Assembly: GCF_947498805.1 (NCBI RefSeq)
Contig: NZ_CANMLT010000012.1
Coordinates: 181 to 64,180 of the forward strand
Length of the DNA: 64,000 nt
Origin: an uncultured Tenacibaculum sp.
GTDB taxonomy: Bacteria; Bacteroidota; Bacteroidia; Flavobacteriales; Flavobacteriaceae
Direction: 5' to 3'
Part shown: positions 57,982 through 64,000 of the stretch, piece after piece
Numbering within the stretch: the first letter of the stretch is position 1
Layout: each line of letters starts with the position of its first letter
Position numbers and translations under genes: made by a program
Notes under the pieces: generated by a model
What the model was told of the DNA's origin: nothing
Seen by the model: the letters and a program-made list of their open reading frames with translations, nothing else
Database searches by the model: none

Positions 57982-59697
57982 TTATAATCCTCCTCCTGAT
58001 ACTGGAGTTCCTGTTTGTTGAACACAAGCAGAATTACCTCTACCAGTTTGAGTAATACAACTTGAATTACTATAACCAGGTAATGAAGTTTGAACTACAG
58101 AAGCACTATTGAAAGATCCACTTTGAAGTATATCAGACTCATTAAATCCTCCACGAGCATTTTGGTCTACACAAGCTCTATTTCCGTATCCATCTTGATT
58201 TATTTCAGAAGTATTATCACCTCCTCTAGATGCACTTTGTAAAGTTGATGCGAAATTTCTTGTACCATCTTGCTCAATATCTGAATCATTATCTCCTCCT
58301 GAAGAAGCAGTTTGTTCTACTACAGCTCTATTTAATCTTCCATCTTGATCGATATCAGAATCATTATCACCATAGCTATAAGCAGTTTGCTTAACAGATG
58401 CATAGTTTGCTAATCCTTCTTGATCGATATCTGAATCATTATCAGCTGAACGACCTCTTGCATATTGATTTACTACCGCACTATTTCTATGTCCGTCTTG
58501 GTCAATATCTGAATCGTTATCTCCATAATAAGATGCTCTTTGCTTTACAGATGCATAGTTTCCATATCTTGAAGATTCTTGGTCAATATCTGAATCATTA
58601 TCACCTCTTGTTGAAGCTCTTTGATCAGCAACCGCTCTGTTTCTCCATCCTTCTTGATCAATATCAGAATCATTATCTCCTCCCGATGAAGCTACTTGTC
58701 TTGCAGATGCACGGTTTAAAGTACCATCTTGATCGATATCTGAATCATTATCTCCAAAATATCCTGTTTGCTCTACAGCCGCTTTGTTATATCTCCCATC
58801 TTGATCAATATCTGAATCGTTGTCAGCAAAACGTCCTCTAGACGATTGTTTTACAGACGCTCTATTTCTATATCCATCTTGATCGATATCTGAATCGTTA
58901 TCTCCTCCATAAGAAGCTACTTGATCTACACAAGCTAAATTTGCTCTACCATCTTGCTCGATATCTGAATCATTTTCTCCTCCAGATGAACTCTCTTGAT
59001 TCGTATGTGCCATATTATAGCTACCGTCTTGATCTACAACCGAATTGTTATCACTACCATTTTGAACTTGCTCAGACATATTTCTATATCCATCTTGAGT
59101 AGCACTTGCATAAGAACCTGCTACTCCATCAGCTCCAGAACTTTGGTATTGTCTAGCGTAGTTTTCTTCTCCATCTTGAGTTACATGTGCCTCATTATTG
59201 TCATAATACTGCTCTTGTAACGATGTATTTTTCTTTCCGCTTTGACGTGCTGTTGCGATATTATTTTCAGCATACCCTACACCAACTTTTTGTTCAGCAT
59301 AGTTCATTTCACCTAATTGAACAACTGTTCCGCTGTTCTTATCACCATTTTGGTCAATATAGGTTTCATTTTTAGTTCCTCTTTGGTATACTTCAACATC
59401 GTTGTCGTAACCTCCAGTAAAAGATTGGTTTTTACCATCTTGATCAACAGTAGACTTGTTCCCTAATCCTATTTGTAAGACACTAGCACTGTTATCCATT
59501 CCTGTTTGTGTTAGTTTATTGGTATTGACGTCGGCACCCCTTTCTTCTGGTCCCTTTTTCTCGATTTCACAATCTAAACAATCAACAGGTTGAGCTGTCA
59601 TAGCTCTTTTTGCTTTTTTAGCTTTAGCTGGCTGTCCTTGTCCATAAGCCATAGCTCCTACTAATAAAAAAGCTAATACAATAATTAATTTTTTCAT
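57982..59697 (-). CDS. major curlin-repeat protein (CsgA-like), about 24 Q-x-G-x-x-N-x-A units
   Basis: Signal peptide MKKLIIVLAFLLVGAMAYG (I prefer the ATG at 59697). Units such as SDIDQDGYRNRASVKQ match the curlin S-x-Q-x-G-x-N-x-A-x3-Q logic. Eleven near-identical (E/D)NDSDI(D/E)Q(D/E) repeats. Confidence 0.8.
   Translation of the reverse strand: MKKLIIVLAFLLVGAMAYGQGQPAKAKKAKRAMTAQPVDCLDCEIEKKGPEERGADVNTNKLTQTGMDNSASVLQIGLGNKSTVDQDGKNQSFTGGYDNDVEVYQRGTKNETYIDQNGDKNSGTVVQLGEMNYAEQKVGVGYAENNIATARQSGKKNTSLQEQYYDNNEAHVTQDGEENYARQYQSSGADGVAGSYASATQDGYRNMSEQVQNGSDNNSVVDQDGSYNMAHTNQESSSGGENDSDIEQDGRANLACVDQVASYGGDNDSDIDQDGYRNRASVKQSSRGRFADNDSDIDQDGRYNKAAVEQTGYFGDNDSDIDQDGTLNRASARQVASSGGDNDSDIDQEGWRNRAVADQRASTRGDNDSDIDQESSRYGNYASVKQRASYYGDNDSDIDQDGHRNSAVVNQYARGRSADNDSDIDQEGLANYASVKQTAYSYGDNDSDIDQDGRLNRAVVEQTASSGGDNDSDIEQDGTRNFASTLQSASRGGDNTSEINQDGYGNRACVDQNARGGFNESDILQSGSFNSASVVQTSLPGYSNSSCITQTGRGNSACVQQTGTPVSGGGL
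58150..58980 (-). repeat. in-frame tandem DNA repeats of about 72-75 bp encoding the DNDSDIDQDG-type curlin units
   Basis: gatcgatatctgaatc(a/g)ttatc recurs about every 72-75 nt. Confidence 0.85.
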
Positions 59698-60083
59698 GAT
59701 TAATAATTTTAAAATACAATAGTTAAAACAAAGCATGTCCTATGGTTAACATATCAACGTATGCTACCGACAGCTTTAAATAATTATAAGGGTATTTAAA
59801 ATTACAGGGAAAATGTAAAAGTAGTTTTGGGAGAGTTTGGCTTCTTTCACATTTCAACAACCTTAGGGCAGGTTGTAAGATTCACTTGTTTAAACGTTTA
59901 AGCATTGCTAATTTACAAAATTTATTATCTAATTCTTAAAAAAACGCATTCAACTCATCGAATTTTTACCTTAACAATTAGAAACACTGAGGTTTAGCCT
60001 TGTCTTAAAAAACAAAAAACAGGAAAATCCCCCTTTTTAAAAAAAAGAATTTCCCCGTTCAAAAACAGCTTTTTCTACAAAAA

Positions 60084-62270
60084 TCACCTAGTAAATAGTA
60101 GTTCTCTATATTTTGCTAATGGCCATAAATTATCATCTACCATTAACTCTAATTTATCACAATGATATCGTACCTCTTCAAAATATGGTTTTACCTTATT
60201 ACAATAATGAACAGCCTTTTTCTCAGATTTTTTCAATGTATTTCCTTTTTTTCTTTCTTCAATCATTAGGCTCACCAAATGATTAATTTTCTCTATATGT
60301 TCAGAAATAGACTCTATAATTACCATCTGTTCTTTGGCAATCGTCTTAAAAGTACTTCCATAAATTTCTTTTAAGCCTTTTACATTGTCTACCAAAATAT
60401 TCTGATACTTTATCGCCGTTGGCACCACATGGTTTCTAGCAACATCTGCCAAGACTCTAGATTCTATTTGTAAGCGTAAAGTATATTCTTCTATTTCTAT
60501 TTCATAACGAGCCTTGCATTCTACCTCATTCATTATATTCATTTCTTCATATAATGCAATAGTAGATTTAGATATTTTGGCTTGTAATGCTTCTGGTGTT
60601 GTTTTATGATTACTTAGTTTTCTCTTTTTTGCTTCTGCCTCCCATTCCTTACCATAACCATTTCCTTCAAAGCGAATTCTTTTAGATGCTTTAATATATT
60701 CTCTCAATACATTAAAAATAGCATCATCCTTTTTTACAGAATGTTTATCAATATACGCATCAACTTCAGTTTTAAACTGGGTTAATTGTTTTGCTACAAT
60801 AGTATTCAATACCGTCATAGCATTTGCACAGTTGGCGGTTGAACCTACTGCTCTAAACTCAAACTTATTTCCTGTAAAGGCAAAAGGAGAAGTTCTATTT
60901 CTATCGGTGTTATCTAATAAGATCTCCGGAATCTTCCCAACTACGTTTAACTTTAAATCAGTCATTTCTTTTGGAGAAATTTTTCCTTTCGTTACATTTT
61001 CCAGTTCATCTAGTACTGATGATAATTGAGAACCTATAAAAACTGAAATAATAGCCGGAGGTGCTTCATTAGCTCCTAAACGATGGTCGTTACTTGCACT
61101 TGCTATAGATGCTCTTAATAACTCTTCGTAATCATTTACCGCTTTTATAGTATTGATAAAGAAGGTTAAAAACTCTAAGTTTCTCATCGGGGTCTTTCCC
61201 GGACTTAATAAGTTTACACCTGTATTGGTTGCTAACGACCAGTTGTTATGTTTTCCAGATCCATTAACTCCTGCAAATGGTTTTTCATGAAACAATACCT
61301 TAAATGAGTGTCTTTCGGCTACCTTTTTCATCACATCCATTAATAAGGAGTTGTGATCTACGGCTAAATTTGCTTCTTCAAAAATAGGTGCTAATTCAAA
61401 TTGATTTGGAGCTACCTCGTTATGACGTGTTTTTACAGGAATACCTAACAGTAAACTTTCCTGCTCTAAATCACGCATAAAATTAAGTACTCGAGTTGGT
61501 ATGGTTCCAAAATAATGATCATCCAACTGTTGTCCTTTTGCAGAAGAATGTCCTAACAAAGTTCTTCCTGTTAAACTAATATCAGGTCTCGATTTCGCCA
61601 ATGCCGTATCTATCAAAAAATATTCTTGCTCCCAACCTAAGGTAGCATTTACCTTGTGTACATTTTTATCAAAATACTTAGCAACGGCGGTAGCTGCTTT
61701 ATCTACTTCGTGTAAAGCTCTTAATAGAGGTGTTTTATAATCTAACGCCTCTCCTGTATACGCTACAAATACTGTTGGAATACATAAAGTAGTACCATAT
61801 ACAAAAGCTGGTGAAGTTGGATCCCATGCTGTATACCCACGTGCTTCAAAAGTATTTCGAATTCCTCCATGCGGAAAACTTGAGGCATCTGGTTCTTGTT
61901 GTACCAATTGTCCACCGTCAAAACGTTCCATTGCTCCTCCTCCCTCAATTGGTTCAAAAAAGGCATCGTGTTTTTCGGCAGTTGCCCCTGTTAAAGGTTG
62001 AAACCAGTGTGTATAATGTGTGACTCCTTTAGACAAGGCCCACTCTTTCATACTCAAAGCAATCTGATCTGCAATACCTCTATCAATCTTAGCTCCTACT
62101 TCTATAGCATTTTGTACCGCATTATATGCCTCTTTTGTCATATGTCTACGCATTGCTTGTTCATTAAATACATTCTGCGCAAATAATTCTGACCTTCTTG
62201 CTTTTTCTTCAACCTGTATTGGTTTTCTATGCAAGGTTTGCTCTAAGGCTCTAAATCGGATAGTAGACAT
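60084..62270 (-). CDS. glnN: type III glutamine synthetase
   Basis: 728 aa, with N-terminus MSTIRFRALE...SELFAQNVFNE...MKEWALSKGVTHYTHWFQPLTG, both typical of GSIII. Confidence 0.88.
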   Translation of the reverse strand: MSTIRFRALEQTLHRKPIQVEEKARRSELFAQNVFNEQAMRRHMTKEAYNAVQNAIEVGAKIDRGIADQIALSMKEWALSKGVTHYTHWFQPLTGATAEKHDAFFEPIEGGGAMERFDGGQLVQQEPDASSFPHGGIRNTFEARGYTAWDPTSPAFVYGTTLCIPTVFVAYTGEALDYKTPLLRALHEVDKAATAVAKYFDKNVHKVNATLGWEQEYFLIDTALAKSRPDISLTGRTLLGHSSAKGQQLDDHYFGTIPTRVLNFMRDLEQESLLLGIPVKTRHNEVAPNQFELAPIFEEANLAVDHNSLLMDVMKKVAERHSFKVLFHEKPFAGVNGSGKHNNWSLATNTGVNLLSPGKTPMRNLEFLTFFINTIKAVNDYEELLRASIASASNDHRLGANEAPPAIISVFIGSQLSSVLDELENVTKGKISPKEMTDLKLNVVGKIPEILLDNTDRNRTSPFAFTGNKFEFRAVGSTANCANAMTVLNTIVAKQLTQFKTEVDAYIDKHSVKKDDAIFNVLREYIKASKRIRFEGNGYGKEWEAEAKKRKLSNHKTTPEALQAKISKSTIALYEEMNIMNEVECKARYEIEIEEYTLRLQIESRVLADVARNHVVPTAIKYQNILVDNVKGLKEIYGSTFKTIAKEQMVIIESISEHIEKINHLVSLMIEERKKGNTLKKSEKKAVHYCNKVKPYFEEVRYHCDKLELMVDDNLWPLAKYRELLFTR

Positions 62271-62317
62271 TTTATGTTTTTTACCATTAAACTACATCAA
62301 AAGTATTAAAAATAATT

Positions 62318-62342
62318 TTAACCCTATTTTTTTAGGGGTTAA
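62318..62342. promoter_or_regulatory. imperfect palindrome TTAACCCTA-N6-TAGGGGTTAA in the divergent GS promoter region
   Basis: Read directly. The arms differ by one C/G. Confidence 0.4.
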
Positions 62343-62370
62343 AATTAAATTAAGGTTAACAAACTTAAAA

Positions 62371-62394
62371 ATACCCCTAAAAATTTTAGGGTAT
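62371..62394. promoter_or_regulatory. imperfect palindrome ATACCCCTAAAA-A-TTTTAGGGTAT
   Basis: Read directly. Shares the CCC(C)TA / TAGGG(G) core with 62318-62342. Confidence 0.4.
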
Positions 62395-62454
62395 AAAAAA
62401 AATAACACATATTTGTACCGTAATTAATTCAAAAACAATAACAATACAAAAATC

Positions 62455-63465
62455 ATGACTAGATCTAAATTAGAATATATTTGGTTAGATGGATATTATC
62501 CAACACAAAACATGCGTAGTAAAACTAAGGTTGTTGCAGATTTTAGCGGAAAATTAGAAGACTGTCCTATTTGGTCTTTCGACGGTTCATCAACAAGACA
62601 GGCTGAAGGAGGAGACTCTGATTGTTTATTAAAGCCTGTAGCTATTTATCCTGACCCAGCTCGTGAGAACGGATTTTTAGTAATGACAGAAGTTTTAAAC
62701 GCTGATGGAACTCCACACGTATCAAACGGACGTGCGAATATTGATGATGATGACAATGATTTTTGGTTTGGTTTTGAACAAGAGTATTTCATTATGGATT
62801 CTCACACACAATTACCTTTAGGATTCCCTATCGGTGGTTATCCTGGACCACAAGGTATGTATTACTGTTCTGTAGGTGGTAAAAATACACACGGACGTGA
62901 TTTCGTTGAAGAGCATGCAGATTTATGTATCGCTGCTGGTTTAACGTTTGAAGGAATCAACCAAGAGGTTGCTTCTGGACAATGGGAATTCCAATTATTT
63001 GCTAAAGGAGCTAAAAAAGCTGGAGACGAAATTTGGGTTGCTAGATACTTATTAGACAGATTAACTGAAAAATACGGGTACTATATCGAATACCACCCTA
63101 AACCAGTAAAAGGAGATTGGAATGGTTCTGGTATGCACGCTAACTTCTCGAATACTTTATTAAGAACATGTGGTAGTCAAGAAACCTATGAAAAAGTATG
63201 TGAAGCTTTCAGACCTGTAACTAAAGAACACATTGCAATATATGGTGAATACAACGACCAACGTTTAACTGGATTACACGAAACAGCTTCTATCAACGAT
63301 TTTAGCTATGGTGTATCTGACCGTGGAGCTTCTATTAGAATTCCAATTATTACTGTTGAGCAAGGTTGGAAAGGTTGGTTAGAAGACAGAAGACCTGCTT
63401 CTAATGCTGACCCATACAAAGTAGCTGGAAGAATTATCGACACTGTAAAAAGCGCAAAAATCTAA
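62455..63465 (+). CDS. type II (eukaryote-like) glutamine synthetase, 336 aa
   Basis: LEYIWLDGYYPTQNMRSKTK, FGFEQEYF, NQEVASGQWEFQ, NGSGMHANFS and RGASIRIP motifs of GSII. Confidence 0.88.
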   Translation: MTRSKLEYIWLDGYYPTQNMRSKTKVVADFSGKLEDCPIWSFDGSSTRQAEGGDSDCLLKPVAIYPDPARENGFLVMTEVLNADGTPHVSNGRANIDDDDNDFWFGFEQEYFIMDSHTQLPLGFPIGGYPGPQGMYYCSVGGKNTHGRDFVEEHADLCIAAGLTFEGINQEVASGQWEFQLFAKGAKKAGDEIWVARYLLDRLTEKYGYYIEYHPKPVKGDWNGSGMHANFSNTLLRTCGSQETYEKVCEAFRPVTKEHIAIYGEYNDQRLTGLHETASINDFSYGVSDRGASIRIPIITVEQGWKGWLEDRRPASNADPYKVAGRIIDTVKSAKI

Positions 63466-63493
63466 TGATAATTTAGTTTTTGAATTCATAAAA

Positions 63494-63517
63494 AATCCCG
63501 CCAATGGCGGGATTTTT
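63494..63517. terminator. bidirectional terminator
   Basis: aaaaatcccgcc-aat-ggcgggattttt. Confidence 0.85.
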
Positions 63518-63520
63518 ATT

Positions 63521-64000
63521 TTATGTTAATGTTTGATATATAAAAAAGACATAGGCTCCTAATAATAGTATTCCATCTCTCCATCCCAATCGCAAACCTT
63601 TTGGTATAAATACTAAAGGTAGCACTGCAAATGAGATTGCCAACATCCAATAAATATCGTTATTAATTAAGCTCAAGGCATCTGGTTTCACCTCAACAGG
63701 AGTAATCATAGCAGTAATACCTAACACTGCTAAAATATTAAATACATTAGATCCTATTAAGTTTCCTAATGAAATTGCTTTTTCTTTCTTTAAAACAGCA
63801 ATGATAGAAGCTGCTAATTCTGGCACACTCGTTCCAACAGAAACCACCGTAACACCAATAACCGCATCACTCACTCCCATATTCTTTGCTAAACTTACAG
63901 AACCATCTATTAATAATTCTGATCCAGCCCATAATCCAAAACCTCCTACTGCTAAAAATAGCACCACTTTATACAAAGGTAACTCCTCGTCATCTTCTGG
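63521..64000 (-). CDS. CaCA-family (YrbG-like) sodium/calcium antiporter, C-terminal half; the gene continues beyond the window
   Basis: Alpha-2 repeat motif GNLIGSNVFNILAVLG. The frame stays open from 63977 to 64000 (PEDDEELP acidic loop), and the ORF-track start is a TTG. Confidence 0.8.
   Translation of the reverse strand, partial: PEDDEELPLYKVVLFLAVGGFGLWAGSELLIDGSVSLAKNMGVSDAVIGVTVVSVGTSVPELAASIIAVLKKEKAISLGNLIGSNVFNILAVLGITAMITPVEVKPDALSLINNDIYWMLAISFAVLPLVFIPKGLRLGWRDGILLLGAYVFFIYQTLT

Noticed and set aside
58398-59375. Plus-strand ORFs 58398-58841, 58996-59220 and 59187-59375
   Set aside because: They are antisense to the curlin-repeat gene. They stay open only because the repetitive Asp/Asn/Ser codons lack stop codons on the opposite strand.
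58000-59500. Regularly spaced DNA repeats that could be mistaken for a CRISPR or minisatellite locus
   Set aside because: They are in frame within a long ORF and encode curlin-type Q-x-G-x-x-N-x-A units. The intervening 'spacers' are the variable parts of the protein repeats.

Overview
AT-rich Flavobacteriia-type chromosomal segment. The lineage call is an inference from SusC/SusD pairs, a T9SS C-terminal sorting domain, a fused ccoNO, type III glutamine synthetase and TAnnTTTG-type -7 boxes. No rRNA, tRNA or CRISPR was seen.

Layout, left to right:
1. 1-4600: a plus-strand accessory cluster. It holds a large 5'-truncated unknown protein, a membrane protein and a WG-repeat protein.
2. 4613-7361: a 2.7-kb islet bounded by a perfect 52-bp direct repeat that duplicates the 3' end of a GlcNAc-kinase-like gene. 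It carries two lipoproteins and a decayed HExxH secreted-protein gene.
3. 7317-22558: a GlcNAc/chitooligosaccharide utilisation locus. Members are SusC, SusD, a NagB-PIG-L fusion, GH20, a short LacI-like regulator, the kinase, LytS/LytTR, a NagP-like MFS transporter and a NagX-like protein.
4. 22653-28276: a T9SS-sorted S8 protease, two AraC regulators and a DUF983 protein.
5. 28277-31650: a small islet with a KAP-family P-loop NTPase plus an AlbA_2/Schlafen-like protein. Each gene is followed by the same about 40-bp palindrome-bearing element, and the islet is bordered by a 5 x 23-bp tandem array. This is my best candidate for an undescribed (defence-like) two-gene system.
6. 31650-47295: a microaerobic respiration block containing uspA, ccoS-ccoNO-ccoQ-ccoP-ccoG-fixH, ccoI-deoC-deoD-hemN and a Crp/Fnr regulator. 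Four identically positioned TGA-N6-TCA boxes lie in it.
7. 47345-53346: rpsU, prfA, small secreted proteins and purM.
8. 53405-59697: a curli-like amyloid operon. The CsgA-like protein has about 24 repeats with acidic DNDSD turns. It is followed by a CsgB-like protein, an extended CsgE, CsgF, CsgG fused to a beta-barrel tail, and a TolB-like lipoprotein.
9. 60084-64000: divergent GSIII and GSII-like glutamine synthetases, then a partial CaCA antiporter.

All family calls rest on motifs read by eye. No database search was run.
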